The translations under genes and the position numbers were made by a program. The notes under the pieces are model-generated. The model was not told the DNA's origin and searched no databases. It was given only the letters and a program-made list of their open reading frames with translations. From an uncultured archaeon (GTDB lineage Archaea > Thermoplasmatota > Penumbrarchaeia > JASLWR01): a DNA stretch of 64,000 nt. This document shows, piece by piece, positions 8,955-19,704 of the stretch (positions are counted from its first letter, which is position 1; each line of letters opens with the position of its first letter). The stretch spans positions 1-64,000 of the forward strand of contig CAYRFL010000001.1 in the NCBI GenBank assembly GCA_964423515.1, given 5' to 3'.

Positions 8955-9690
8955 CAAGAACGCCAGTGTCTTTAGGCACTGGATGAATTGTAGCGCCGAA
9001 AATTTAAACCGGTTGAGTCCATTCCCGTTTTGAAAGCCACAATACGAAGGTCGACTTGACCGTCAGACGCTAAATTTTCGGCGCGCCTCTCGGCGAGGCA
9101 GTCCATGAACAGCGTAGGCTTTCAAATAGTTTTCGGAGGTCTACAATATGAACCGTTTAGCGAGAGCAAGACACAGTTTCGGAGGATGTAATTTCCATAT
9201 GCAGTTCACGCCGAAGTACAGACGCCAGATTTTCAAGTACCCGAAAGTCCAGGCCATTTGCCGGGAGTTGATGGAAAAGAAAGCAAGGAAGTTGGGCATA
9301 CGAATCGGAGCCATGGAATTCGGGCCGGATCATGCCCATGTATTTTTAGTGGGATGCAAAAATTACAGTGCATCGTATCTTGCATCACAATTGAAAGGCT
9401 ACACGTCCTATGGTATTCGCAATAGGTGCTGGGACACGGTCAAGAAGCATTTGTGGGGAGGTTCCTTTTGGAGTGATGGATACTTCTTTGAATCGGTTGG
9501 ACGGGTCACGACTGAGATGGTGGAATTCTACATTGAGAGGCAACAACATAAGCATTGGCAAGGAGATGACTATGACTATTTCAAAGTGAGGAAGACCGTA
9601 CGGTTGACGGGCCAAACTTCCTTGACTGACTTTGCCTAAAAACAACGGCACTACACATAAAACGCCAGCTCCTTTAGGGGCTGGTAGTTT
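8955..9690 (+). mobile_element. IS200/IS605-family insertion sequence, tnpA only with no tnpB, with subterminal hairpins at both ends
   Basis: Left hairpin at 8962-8982 (cgccagtgtc TTTAGG cactgg). Right hairpin at 9663-9684 (cgccagctcc TTTAGG ggctgg). Both are preceded by 'acgccag'. The Y1 HUH transposase ORF lies between them. An internal long palindrome gcgccgaaaattta ... taaattttcggcgc sits at 8992-9085. Confidence 0.75.
9148..9639 (+). CDS. tnpA: IS200-like Y1 (HUH) transposase TnpA
   Basis: HUH motif 'DHAHVFL'. Catalytic Tyr region 'WSDGYFFESVG'. N-terminus 'FHMQFTPKYRRQIF' is typical of IS200 TnpA. Confidence 0.9.
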   Translation: MNRLARARHSFGGCNFHMQFTPKYRRQIFKYPKVQAICRELMEKKARKLGIRIGAMEFGPDHAHVFLVGCKNYSASYLASQLKGYTSYGIRNRCWDTVKKHLWGGSFWSDGYFFESVGRVTTEMVEFYIERQQHKHWQGDDYDYFKVRKTVRLTGQTSLTDFA

Positions 9691-9851
9691 ACATTCTATA
9701 TGAAAATCTATAGCTCTGGTGAACGATTATAAACGGTTTTCCTACTTATAACATTTTTGGTTTGTTGAAATATATGGGGAACGGGCTGAAAAAAACACCC
9801 CACTGCACCCTATCAATTGTGGCAATGTCATCCTATACGGAGATACGTCAT

Positions 9852-10541
9852 TTACAGCGATAAACGGAGTTTCCGGATATTGTCTTCCACGGAACCCGCT
9901 TTGTTGAAGATCGCGCTGCCGGCAACTATCACGTCCGCTCCCGCATCGAGAACGGAGTGTATGGTGGATGGATTTACACCTCCATCGACCTCGATGATCG
10001 TATCAAGGCACCGGCTCGAAATCATAGCCTTTATTTGCCTGATCTTATCGAGAGTTTCCGGTATCAGTCGCTGACCTCCAAAACCGGGATGGACGGACAT
10101 GACCAAAACGAGGTCCAGTTCAGGAAGAAGACCCCCTACTGAGGCAGCGGGAGTATCCGGATTTATGGACAATCCCACCCGGCGGCCCATCTTTCGAATA
10201 TGATGTATGATGTCCTCGATAGGGCCCGAGGACTCGTAATGGATCGTGATGAGATCGGCCCCTGCCTTCGAAAAGGCTTCCACGAATTTCCCGGGTTCCT
10301 CTATCATCAGATGGACGTCCTTCCAGATGTCGCTCCCGGAGGATACCGCCTTAAGGACAAGTGGACCGATGGTGATGTTCGGTACGAAATGGCCGTCCAT
10401 CACATCGATGTGAAGCCATCGTATGCCTGCCTTCTCCACTTCCCGGATATCCCTACCGAGATCCCAAAAATCCGCAGAGAGGATGGAAGGTGCCAGTATG
10501 GGACGCTCACCGATCAGCTTACTCCATATCTCATCTGACAT
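9852..10541 (-). CDS. rpe: Ribulose-phosphate 3-epimerase
   Basis: 'PSILSADFWDLGRDIREVEKAGIRWLHIDVMDGHFVPNITIGP' and 'HLMI' are canonical RPE motifs. Confidence 0.85.
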   Translation of the reverse strand: MSDEIWSKLIGERPILAPSILSADFWDLGRDIREVEKAGIRWLHIDVMDGHFVPNITIGPLVLKAVSSGSDIWKDVHLMIEEPGKFVEAFSKAGADLITIHYESSGPIEDIIHHIRKMGRRVGLSINPDTPAASVGGLLPELDLVLVMSVHPGFGGQRLIPETLDKIRQIKAMISSRCLDTIIEVDGGVNPSTIHSVLDAGADVIVAGSAIFNKAGSVEDNIRKLRLSL

Positions 10542-11547
10542 CGTTTTCCCCCTCCTTGCTGATACCGATGCCTGTCTGGTTCAGCTGAAGCCGATAGGCG
10601 GGAATATTGAATCGCCGCAGGGATTCCACGGTCTTTCCAGGCTCATCCGTTACCGCTATGACGCTGCCGCCGCCACCGGCACCCGTTATCTTCGCACCGT
10701 ACGAATGTCTTCGAAGGGCCTTCAGAAGCTTCTCGATTCTCGGATGGCTGACGCCGAGTATGGCCAACAGCCGGTGATTCTCATCCATCAGTTCGCCGAT
10801 GCGCACCGGGTCGTTTCTTCCCATGGTCTCGACCCCCTCCTCCACCAGTTGACCGATCTCCTTTATTATTTCCATTCCAAAGGAGCTTCTTTCCACGAAG
10901 CGAGCAACCTTTTTTACCTGGAGATGGGTGGTCGATTTAATACCGGTATTTCCGATAACCAGGGATATCTCCGGTACGTTCATGTGATGAATGAACCAGC
11001 TTCTATCCCCCCGTGATGTCTTCCATAGAAGCTTTTCCGCCGGTGATTTCCTCAAAACGATCCCCCGTCCATGTGTAGCTGCCGATGTATCGATGGGAGA
11101 GGCTCTGCCCTGGGTAAGGTATTCGACCGAGAAGGCCCGTTTTGCAACGAGGGATTCCAGCTTGACCCGGACGGGATCGGTGGGATCTTTAGAAAGTACC
11201 TGTTCTACCTTCTTGGTGGAACTTTCTACATCGTCCTTTTTCAGCAAGGTCAACAGGAATGATGTACATACGGAAAGTGCGGCTGACGAGCCCATCCCGG
11301 CCGAGGACGGGATGTTGGAATGAAGACCGAATTCGAGCTTCCTTCCTTCCCAATAATTTTCCAGAGCGGTATATACGTATGAATGATGTTTCTTCGTCAG
11401 CGGATATCCGTTCACACGGTTTTTCGGTCCGTACCTTGCGGACATTTTCATTCCTAGGTTGACCGCTACTGCCGCTGCCGGTTCACCGTATACCACGGCA
11501 TGCTCGCCAAAGATGATCACCTTCCCGGGAGCGGAAACCTCCACCAT
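10531..11547 (-). CDS. mvk: Mevalonate kinase (GHMP kinase family)
   Basis: N-terminal 'SAPGKVIIFGEHAVVYGEPAAAVAV'. GHMP ATP-binding motif 'PSSAGMGSSAALSV'. Start overlaps the rpe end by 11 bp, suggesting an operon. Confidence 0.85.
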   Translation of the reverse strand: MVEVSAPGKVIIFGEHAVVYGEPAAAVAVNLGMKMSARYGPKNRVNGYPLTKKHHSYVYTALENYWEGRKLEFGLHSNIPSSAGMGSSAALSVCTSFLLTLLKKDDVESSTKKVEQVLSKDPTDPVRVKLESLVAKRAFSVEYLTQGRASPIDTSAATHGRGIVLRKSPAEKLLWKTSRGDRSWFIHHMNVPEISLVIGNTGIKSTTHLQVKKVARFVERSSFGMEIIKEIGQLVEEGVETMGRNDPVRIGELMDENHRLLAILGVSHPRIEKLLKALRRHSYGAKITGAGGGGSVIAVTDEPGKTVESLRRFNIPAYRLQLNQTGIGISKEGENDVR

Positions 11548-11654
11548 GCTGCATTCAACGACGAACAGATAAAAGAACCCTTTCCTGTTAATGCTCGATC
11601 ATTTACCCGGTCGATCCATTTTTTTCTGCCTCGCAATGGGGAAGGAATAATACA

Positions 11655-14600
11655 TCAATCCGCCCAGGCCCAATCATCATCCGATTCCGAACGATCGGAT
11701 GACCTACGCTTGAATGTGACAGTTTCAACCTCATGTACGGAGTCCATTTCGAAGGTTTCCTTCACGTCCGGCTTCGAACCGTCTCCCCTACCGTACCGGG
11801 GCATCGCTCCATTCGTATCCGGGTCTATCTCCGATGATACTTCCTGATCATCTTGAAAATCAAAATCTCCGTACTCATCCGCCACTTCGTCCTCTTCCTG
11901 TTCATATTCTTCCTCCGGACCCTCCTCCTCAAATTCCTCGTAATCCTCCAATTCCGAATCATGGTCATGTATCCCTCCGTCCGCATATCCCGCACCGGAT
12001 TCTCCACGATCGTAGACGTCAGGACGATCTCCCTCGTTCACCTGATCCGTATCATACTCCTCGTCCTCCCCATCCCATGCACCATTGTCGTCCATATCAT
12101 CATTCCAATGTGCTTCTTCCTCGTCTTCTTCTATGGTAGTGAAGACCACTTCCTCATGGTCTTCCATTTCGTGCTCTACGACATCTCCGGCACTTCCAAT
12201 ACCGAATTCACCATCGTATTCGACCACGTTGTCCAGGCCGTAGTAGTCAACCTCATCATCATAGGTCGGTATCTCATCGCTCCTGGCGGTAAAGTCGATC
12301 TTATCGCCCGAGGCGATCCTTTTCCGTATCTGTCTTTCCGCCTCCTCGTAGGATCTCTTGATCTCCTTCTTGCGGATCTCATCTCTCAGGTTATCCTGCT
12401 CAAGTCTCAGGTTTCGATAGGTCCCCCTCTTCTTCTCCCTCCTGGCCTTGATAAGGAAGGTGAAACCTATCAGCAGAACTCCCAGAACGGAGACGATCCA
12501 TATCCAGTACTCCTTGATGAGTCCTCGTTGCTCATCGATCCCGGTACCGTTCCCATCCTTCTCGTCTCTCTCGGTTACGACGATGGAGAGTATGATGGAA
12601 TCGGTAATCATGTCATCGTCCGTTACAACGAGGATAACTGTGAATATGCCCTCCTCCGTGAATTGATAACTCACCTGTTTTCCGGATATCACCACGCTTC
12701 CGGGGAAATGCCATGCGTATTCCAGCTCGAGTATCTCATCATCATCGGGATCGGTAGTGCCGGCGGAGGTGAATGAGACGTTCCCTCCCTCCTCTACCTC
12801 CGTCCTGTTGCTCCTGCCATAGGCAACGGGAGGAAGATTGCTTACCCTTATCTCCTTTCTGGCAGGTGGTGAGATCATCCCCCGATCATCCTTGACGATC
12901 AGGCTAACGGTGTATCGGATGTCATCATCGAACTTCCGCGATATTGTTTTGGGCTCCTTCGTGATATTGTCGTATCTGCCATCCGAGAAGGACCATCGAT
13001 ACTCCACGATCTCAGCATTATCGGGGGAATAGGAACTCTTTGGCGATAGAGCGACGAGAGTATCGACAGTAATATTCTCCAAAAAGTCGTGTAGGGAGAT
13101 TATTGCCACCGGTTTCTTGGGTGGCGGAGGTGGGGTTATAACCTTCAATTCATGAACGGACGAGTTGTCCGAGATCTGCCCGTAGGTATCCCGAATCATG
13201 CAAGACAGGTAAAATGTGCCAGTCTCATTGTAAATACGGTTAACCACTGCCTCGGACAGCCATTCTGACACGGTTCCATCGCCGAAATCGAACCGGTATT
13301 CGATCTCGAGGGTGTCTGCCTTTGATGCGGAAGCGTTCAATGTGACGGACCCACCGACGACGATGACGGTCTCATCCACGGTGAGCCGGGCAACAGGGAA
13401 CGTCGGTTTGGGCACAACCTCGATGGGATCGTATTGGTAATTGTTGGATTCGCTAGATTCATACAGCTCGTTGAACGGGTCCACATGCACCTCGAGGTAT
13501 CGGCTGCCCTGGAGAGCCATCCAGGTGAAGTTCAACTCGACGGTCTCATTATACTGGATGGTCGATATTCGCCTCTCGGCCTTCTTCACGAAATCGAGAT
13601 AGAAGGTCACCAGAACATCCTCGGCAGTCTTAAGGTCCAGATTATAAACCAAAATCCTGCTTGTCATTTCCATTCCGTGATAGGGATCATCATGGCTGTG
13701 ATCGAAATCGGAGACGGCGAGGTCGGAGAAACCCACCCGTAGTGTGAGACACTTACCGTTCTCGATATTCACCTCTTCCCGAAGATAACCCCATTGCTCC
13801 GATTCGTGGTAGAACAGGTAGCTGTCAAAGACGGAGGTGGTCGTACCCTCCATCGTCCGGTTCATGATGGCGATGTTCATCCCACCATCGGGACCGGTCC
13901 GGAACGAGTAGGACGGTCCTCCGTATATCTCCTGGACATCCAGCTCTAAGCCGACCAGAGGAGCGTCGCCGAAGTCCTTGACAATCAGGCTCATTCTTAC
14001 GAACATGAAGAGCGTGCAATCCTCCACGAGAAAGACCTTATCGTAATCCAAGGAGACGTTTATGGCATCCACCAGGGAGTGACGAAGCTGCAAATTCCAG
14101 CCCTGAGTGATGATGGAGGAATCCCGGAGGTCCATGTTCATGCTGAAGAGGTCGATCCCGTGGGTACAATCGCCGATAGTGACATTATCCATATGCAGGG
14201 TATCGTCCGATCCCTCGACCGTGACGGGCGAATCGCAGCCAAGGAAGTCGCAATGAGAGATGACAGACCAGTCCGACAGGTCAAAATTGGCATAGAGCTC
14301 GATACCATCGTTACAATCCTCGAAAGTGCAATCGGTAATGAAAAACTCCGTCTGGATCAATGTCAGGGGGCAATACCAGTTGTAAAATCTCGCATCCTTC
14401 AGCGTCAGATTGGAATTCTCGATAGTGTTTCTCTCGGCACTCATATTTTCATTGAAGAAGATGGCCCCATCCATCAGGACCTGGCAGTTGTAGAAAGTAA
14501 GACCTGCGGATAGATTGTAGAACACGTTCTCCAGGAGCGACAAGGGTACGGCCCGAAAGGTGATGGATGAAACATTGTAGAATATGCTGTTGTTCAACCG

Positions 14601-15713
14601 GTACAGAGGAACGTCGCTGTCTCTCAGACCATCTCTCCCATCCTGATCGTTGTCTATACCTCCGTCACCGATGTGATCCATTGTCTCGTCAAGGGTATTG
14701 GCAAAGATACACCCGGCGATAGATATTTGGTGATTGTTCATGAGAAAATCATTGCCATTTCGGAGGAACGCGATATCATAGATATCTATTTCGGACCCGA
14801 GCATCGAAATGCTCGATATCGCTTCAACGTTCGAATAGAAACATGACGCCCGTATCGTGCAGACGGAAGAAGAAATGCATAATCCGCACCCCAGGTTCGA
14901 AAATGCACAGTAGGTGACGTTCAATGTGGAATCCTGAAAGGATAGCATCCCCGTAGTGGTCCCGTTGATGTGGCTTCCCGATAGATCGACCGTGCTCCTG
15001 TCCAGTGTAAGGGTATCCGTAAGCCTCGAGATGTAGCTGCGATTCAAGATAAATGAACTGAGTATGATGTCCTCGCCCTGAAGCTCCGCAACGTACGAGT
15101 TCATGAAAGTGAGGTTGGATTCCAGGGAATACAATCGGAGAGGGATATCCGAATCCACCGTAACGTTCAAGAGAGTGAGCGATGATTGACCCGTAAGGGT
15201 TATGTAGGGGTCCGAACCGGCGAAATTGAAATGTATGGTCGAATTCTCGATGATAAGCTCGGTACCGGAATCTATCTCCAGGCTGCCGTTGATGTTTATC
15301 ATCTTGTGCGAAACGAATGCACTACCGCCTGAGCCGAATGTGTAATCGGAGGAATGATTGGAATACTCAAGATTACCCCCCGGAAGCTGAGCGGGATTCG
15401 CATCCAGCAGACTCAACCGCGACGCGTAGGAATCCCTCACTCGATAGGCGGATTCCACTTTTCCCAGGATCCCCACGGTATCATCCCGTTTCCCATGATC
15501 ATCGGTCCCTCTATCGGTTGCATCGGCCTCGGAGAACCGTCCTTTCGGGGATGTTATTTCATACGGTCGGACTGAGCCCGTGGTGTGATTTTCGTTTATA
15601 TGAAATATTGACAGGGGTAAAAGGATTAACATCAGCACCGTCAAGCAAGCCAGCAATTTCATCCGATGTTCTATTTGAAAGGGCATATTTAATTTTATCC
15701 TATGTATTTCCAT
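11655..15713 (-). CDS. Large (1352 aa) cell-surface protein: N-terminal signal/TM, parallel beta-helix region, 3 PKD-like domains, TM, then a roughly 260-aa extremely acidic cytoplasmic tail
   Basis: Beta-helix rungs rich in N/S/T/C (e.g. 'NSTIHFNFAGSDPYITLTGQSSLTLLNVTV'). PKD-like segments ('DFGDGTVSEW', 'YRWSFSDGRYDN', 'YAWHFPGSVVISGKQVSYQF'). TM 'YWIWIVSVLGVLLIGFTFLIKA'. D/E-rich tail. Confidence 0.75.
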   Translation of the reverse strand: MEIHRIKLNMPFQIEHRMKLLACLTVLMLILLPLSIFHINENHTTGSVRPYEITSPKGRFSEADATDRGTDDHGKRDDTVGILGKVESAYRVRDSYASRLSLLDANPAQLPGGNLEYSNHSSDYTFGSGGSAFVSHKMININGSLEIDSGTELIIENSTIHFNFAGSDPYITLTGQSSLTLLNVTVDSDIPLRLYSLESNLTFMNSYVAELQGEDIILSSFILNRSYISRLTDTLTLDRSTVDLSGSHINGTTTGMLSFQDSTLNVTYCAFSNLGCGLCISSSVCTIRASCFYSNVEAISSISMLGSEIDIYDIAFLRNGNDFLMNNHQISIAGCIFANTLDETMDHIGDGGIDNDQDGRDGLRDSDVPLYRLNNSIFYNVSSITFRAVPLSLLENVFYNLSAGLTFYNCQVLMDGAIFFNENMSAERNTIENSNLTLKDARFYNWYCPLTLIQTEFFITDCTFEDCNDGIELYANFDLSDWSVISHCDFLGCDSPVTVEGSDDTLHMDNVTIGDCTHGIDLFSMNMDLRDSSIITQGWNLQLRHSLVDAINVSLDYDKVFLVEDCTLFMFVRMSLIVKDFGDAPLVGLELDVQEIYGGPSYSFRTGPDGGMNIAIMNRTMEGTTTSVFDSYLFYHESEQWGYLREEVNIENGKCLTLRVGFSDLAVSDFDHSHDDPYHGMEMTSRILVYNLDLKTAEDVLVTFYLDFVKKAERRISTIQYNETVELNFTWMALQGSRYLEVHVDPFNELYESSESNNYQYDPIEVVPKPTFPVARLTVDETVIVVGGSVTLNASASKADTLEIEYRFDFGDGTVSEWLSEAVVNRIYNETGTFYLSCMIRDTYGQISDNSSVHELKVITPPPPPKKPVAIISLHDFLENITVDTLVALSPKSSYSPDNAEIVEYRWSFSDGRYDNITKEPKTISRKFDDDIRYTVSLIVKDDRGMISPPARKEIRVSNLPPVAYGRSNRTEVEEGGNVSFTSAGTTDPDDDEILELEYAWHFPGSVVISGKQVSYQFTEEGIFTVILVVTDDDMITDSIILSIVVTERDEKDGNGTGIDEQRGLIKEYWIWIVSVLGVLLIGFTFLIKARREKKRGTYRNLRLEQDNLRDEIRKKEIKRSYEEAERQIRKRIASGDKIDFTARSDEIPTYDDEVDYYGLDNVVEYDGEFGIGSAGDVVEHEMEDHEEVVFTTIEEDEEEAHWNDDMDDNGAWDGEDEEYDTDQVNEGDRPDVYDRGESGAGYADGGIHDHDSELEDYEEFEEEGPEEEYEQEEDEVADEYGDFDFQDDQEVSSEIDPDTNGAMPRYGRGDGSKPDVKETFEMDSVHEVETVTFKRRSSDRSESDDDWAWAD

Positions 15714-15922
15714 GTATTAATCCGGATTCGATCATGAAACGGTTGCATAGTCAAGGGTACTGATGCAATGATCGTTCCTGTCACCTCACAACATCCTCAA
15801 GCTTCGAATAGGAGCGATTCCACGGGGTCCCATTGCCATTTCCAGAACGCGAACAGAAAATTGTATAAATCTCAACTACCTCTTGAATCAATCAATTAAC
15901 GACCTACCGTGGGGGTTCAAGA

Positions 15923-17188
15923 ATGGGAAATGTCGGGTCCGAAGGGAGGGAGAAGAGAAAGAGAAAAACGCAGGTCATCACAGCATTATCCATCATCGCC
16001 GTGGTCGTACTTGGGATAATAGGGTTGGCCCTCACCCGGGATGGCGACAATAACGACGGCAGTATACCGGAATTGAAACCGGGAGAGGAATGGTGGTACT
16101 CAAGCTCCCGGGCGGGTGGAGGGACCCAGGGGACCTACGTGACGGTAAAAGTTACAGGTACCAAGGTAATGGGGGGAGATCATTACTATACCCTGGAGGA
16201 GAACCGCTGGGAAAACTCAACCAAGATCGGGAGCGAAGAGTTGCTGGCGTCCATGGGGAACCTCTCCCTATGTGATACGGAGGGGATCCCCTTGTCCCAG
16301 CCGTTCTCCTTCCCGCTGCATGAGGGTAAGGAATGGGTGGGGGTCATGGAAGGTATCGAAGGTCATGTGTTCAAATGTTCACGATTCTACGATCTCAAGA
16401 CACCAGCGGGGACTTTTGACGGATACAAGATAGACTCAAAGGGGCCGGCGGGTGATTTCATCTTCTGGTATTCTCCGGAGGTCCGATACATCGTGGCCAT
16501 GGAGTATTCTCCACTGGATGATGCCGCTGGGGGTGATAATGCATACAGAAGGGAATTGGTGGGATTCGGAGGTAGGGATGGCGACTCGGATGGAATGACG
16601 GACAAGGGGGAGGGGATCCTGGGATGCAACCCGTCCAACAGGGACACTGATAAGGACGGCGTTCCTGATGGAACCGACCTGAATCCACTCATCGACCTTG
16701 GCTTTACCCTTGAGCTGATCCACCTCACCATCGAGGAAAGGACGGATGTGATATCCGACCCGGACGTATATATTTGGATCCAGATTTCCGCCGGGAGCGA
16801 GTTTCTGTCCGAGAGTACCGACACATACAGAAATCAACACGATATCGCGTTGAACCTCGCCTATGTGCTGGACATATCGGATGACGGTGAGGCGGGACCA
16901 ATGATCATAGGAGGTGCGGTGAACTTCTGGGAACAGAAAGAGCCTGCCGAACTCGGCATTGCATTGGACGTGTGCGGGGATAGCACCGAGGTTGACGGAT
17001 TCCATTTTTACTTCACGTACGATCTGAACACAGGACAATGGAGGTTATATCCACAAAATCCCTTCTGGGGATCTCCTTCATATCTTACCGGTGACGGAGA
17101 ATACACCGTAACGGGCCTGGATGATGGGTTCTCCCTCATGGAGGAAAGGCCCGTTCAGGATGCGACACTGACGTTCGACATGTATTAA
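15923..17188 (+). CDS. Type-II membrane-anchored protein with thrombospondin-type-3-like Ca-binding repeats. Function unknown
   Basis: N-terminal TM 'VITALSIIAVVVLGIIGLAL'. 'GGRDGDSDGMTDKGEGILGCNPSNRDTDKDGVPDGTDLNP' is a DxDxDG TSP3-type repeat. Confidence 0.5.
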   Translation: MGNVGSEGREKRKRKTQVITALSIIAVVVLGIIGLALTRDGDNNDGSIPELKPGEEWWYSSSRAGGGTQGTYVTVKVTGTKVMGGDHYYTLEENRWENSTKIGSEELLASMGNLSLCDTEGIPLSQPFSFPLHEGKEWVGVMEGIEGHVFKCSRFYDLKTPAGTFDGYKIDSKGPAGDFIFWYSPEVRYIVAMEYSPLDDAAGGDNAYRRELVGFGGRDGDSDGMTDKGEGILGCNPSNRDTDKDGVPDGTDLNPLIDLGFTLELIHLTIEERTDVISDPDVYIWIQISAGSEFLSESTDTYRNQHDIALNLAYVLDISDDGEAGPMIIGGAVNFWEQKEPAELGIALDVCGDSTEVDGFHFYFTYDLNTGQWRLYPQNPFWGSPSYLTGDGEYTVTGLDDGFSLMEERPVQDATLTFDMY

Positions 17189-17365
17189 GCGTTATTGATA
17201 TCGAAACCCACGGATAAATGGAATGACGCCCAGATTCAGGGAGTGAATTAAGATAAAGATGATAAGAATGCACGAAGGATTTATCTATTAAGATTATTAT
17301 CGGGCTCGTGCGGTTCAAAGTATGCTGATTAATGCCTGAAGAAACCCATCGATGATGTCGGAGGA

Positions 17366-19513
17366 TTGACGCCTATGGACGAGATGCCAGAACGAAGTAT
17401 GGAAAAGAGCTTCAAGTATAAGGAAAGCCAGGTCGAATGCGGATATGCGGGACGGACCCTTTATGTGAACGTGGGGACGGGCGTCGTGAAGGAAAAAGCA
17501 GTTTCGGAGGAGATGAAGGAGAAGTTCATTGGGGGAAAGGGATTCGACCTCTGGTTGATGTGGAACTCGCTTCCATTTCAAAGGGCGGTAAAATGGGATG
17601 ATGAGGAGAACGTAATCGCCATCTCTTCGGGTCCTCTGGGCGGAACCACGTTCTATCCGGGCAGCGGGAAGAGCATTGTCACGACGATATCTCCTCTGAC
17701 CGGGTCTATTATCGATTCCAACGTGGGCGGATATTTCGGACCGTACCTGAAGTTTTCCGGATTCGATGCAATGGAGGTCCAGGGAAAGAGCCCGGACGAC
17801 GTCGTCATCTTCATCGACGGGATCGAGAGGGTTGTTTCCATCGAGAAGGTCGAAGGGCTTCCCCATGACAGCTACGCGCTTGCAACCGGGCTTACATCCC
17901 TGTACGGAGGTGAGGATCCCCGCTCGATATCGGTGATTTCCGCGGGACCGGGAGCAGAGCATTCCCTCATTGGCTGTCTGAACTTCAGCTGGTATGACCT
18001 CGGAAGGAAGATAGTAAGGTACAAGCAGGCGGGCAGGGGAGGCATAGGCTCGGTATTCAGGGACAAGCGGATCGCTGCCATCGTGATCAGGAGCCCGACG
18101 ATATCCTCCAAGAGCAACAATCCGTCGGATCTCGATTCTCTCAGAAAGGTCGGAAGGGCACACAGCCAGGAGATCACGACGCTCGATCCCATCCAGAACG
18201 AGATGGCAACGGTCGGTACGACACATCTCGTCACGATAATGAACGATTACGACCTGCTTCCCACCAACAACTACCAGTTCGGCAGCCACCCCGAGGCTCC
18301 TGCAATGGGGGCGGAGGTATACCGAAAGAAGTTCCACAAGGGATTCGACGGCTGCTGGATGGGTTGCAGCGTGGCCTGCGCTCACGGAGTGAAGGATTTC
18401 ATACCCACTTCGGGACCCTATAGGGGGCAGAAGGTATTTGTGGACGGCCCGGAATACGAGACCATCGCAGGGTGCGGAAGCAACTGCGGGATATTCGATG
18501 CTGACCACGTGATCGAGATGAACTTCTACTGCGACGCATACGGGGTGGATACCATCTCCGCCGGCACTGCCACGGCCTTTGCGATGGAATGCTTCGAGAG
18601 GGGCCTTATTGATGTGAAGGATACGGGGGGGATCGAACTGGGATTCGGTTCCAGGGAAGCGGCCCTGGAGATACTGCATCAGATGGCCCGCGGAGAGGGA
18701 TTCGGAGCCATGGTGGGCCAGGGCATACGTAGGATGAAGCGGATTTTCGCAGAGGAGTTCGGTGCGGATAGAAACCTTGTGAACGATATCGGAATGGAGG
18801 CGAAGGGGCTGGAATTTTCCGAGTACATGACGAAGGAATCTCTGGCGCAGCAGGGTGGATACGGCCTTGCCCTCAAGGGACCCCAGCATGACGAAGCATG
18901 GCTGATATTCCTGGACATGGTCCATAAATATATGCCGACATTCGAACAGAAGGCGGAGGCCCTCCACTGGTTCCCCATGTGGAGAACGTGGTTCGGCCTA
19001 TGCGGCCTGTGCAAACTGCCCTGGAACGACATAGTCCCCGAGGATAACAAGGACACTTTGGAACCCGCCAAGGTGATGAAGCACGTGAGATGGTACTCCG
19101 ATTATTTTACCGCCGTCACCGGCAGAAATGTTGAGCCGGAGGATCTCATCTCCATGAGCGAGAGAGTGTATAATTTCCAGAGGATCTTCAATCTCAGACT
19201 GGGTTTCGGAAGAAGAGAACACGATGACATTCCCTACCGTGCAGTGGGCCCCGTCTCTGAGGAAGAATACCTGTCCCGACAGGAGAGATACGACGGTCAG
19301 CTGAGGGAGATCACGAATGAGGACGTCGAGAATTTGGATGTCCCCGGGAGGATCGCCATATTGCGCGAATACCGGGAAGGGCGTTACGAAAAATTGAAGG
19401 ATGCCGTGTACAGGCGGAGGGGATGGACCATGGACGGTGTTCCCACTCTTGACAAGACAAGGGAACTGGGCTTGGATTACCCGAGCGTCGTCTCCCTGAT
19501 AGAAAATGCGTAG
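17366..19513 (+). CDS. aor: Aldehyde:ferredoxin oxidoreductase family (tungsto/molybdopterin enzyme)
   Basis: AOR_N 'GYAGRTLYVNVGTGVVKEKAVSEEMKEKFIGGKGFDLWLMW'. Conserved AOR core ('DGPEYETIAGCGSNCGIFD', 'EMNFYCDAYGVDTISAGTATAF'). The true start may be the Met at about 17399. Confidence 0.85.
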   Translation: MTPMDEMPERSMEKSFKYKESQVECGYAGRTLYVNVGTGVVKEKAVSEEMKEKFIGGKGFDLWLMWNSLPFQRAVKWDDEENVIAISSGPLGGTTFYPGSGKSIVTTISPLTGSIIDSNVGGYFGPYLKFSGFDAMEVQGKSPDDVVIFIDGIERVVSIEKVEGLPHDSYALATGLTSLYGGEDPRSISVISAGPGAEHSLIGCLNFSWYDLGRKIVRYKQAGRGGIGSVFRDKRIAAIVIRSPTISSKSNNPSDLDSLRKVGRAHSQEITTLDPIQNEMATVGTTHLVTIMNDYDLLPTNNYQFGSHPEAPAMGAEVYRKKFHKGFDGCWMGCSVACAHGVKDFIPTSGPYRGQKVFVDGPEYETIAGCGSNCGIFDADHVIEMNFYCDAYGVDTISAGTATAFAMECFERGLIDVKDTGGIELGFGSREAALEILHQMARGEGFGAMVGQGIRRMKRIFAEEFGADRNLVNDIGMEAKGLEFSEYMTKESLAQQGGYGLALKGPQHDEAWLIFLDMVHKYMPTFEQKAEALHWFPMWRTWFGLCGLCKLPWNDIVPEDNKDTLEPAKVMKHVRWYSDYFTAVTGRNVEPEDLISMSERVYNFQRIFNLRLGFGRREHDDIPYRAVGPVSEEEYLSRQERYDGQLREITNEDVENLDVPGRIAILREYREGRYEKLKDAVYRRRGWTMDGVPTLDKTRELGLDYPSVVSLIENA

Positions 19514-19704
19514 GTTCCGCAATCGGAGGAGCTTGGCCCGTGAAAAGGTAAATTGACCATAAGACCACTAATACCTGAACGTCCTGTCCAGAAAGCGGAA
19601 CTTGAAAGAAGGAAAATGGAAAAATATAAATAGCTTTCCGTTTTTAATGAAATCCCATTCAAATCACTATAGAGTAGCATTATACTAATAATACCGGTGC
19701 CTGG

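Noticed and set aside
17315-18967. 550-aa ORF antisense to the AOR gene
   Set aside because: AOR on the plus strand has strong family motifs throughout. The antisense ORF is Arg/His/Pro-rich low complexity, typical of the shadow frame of a GC-rich gene.
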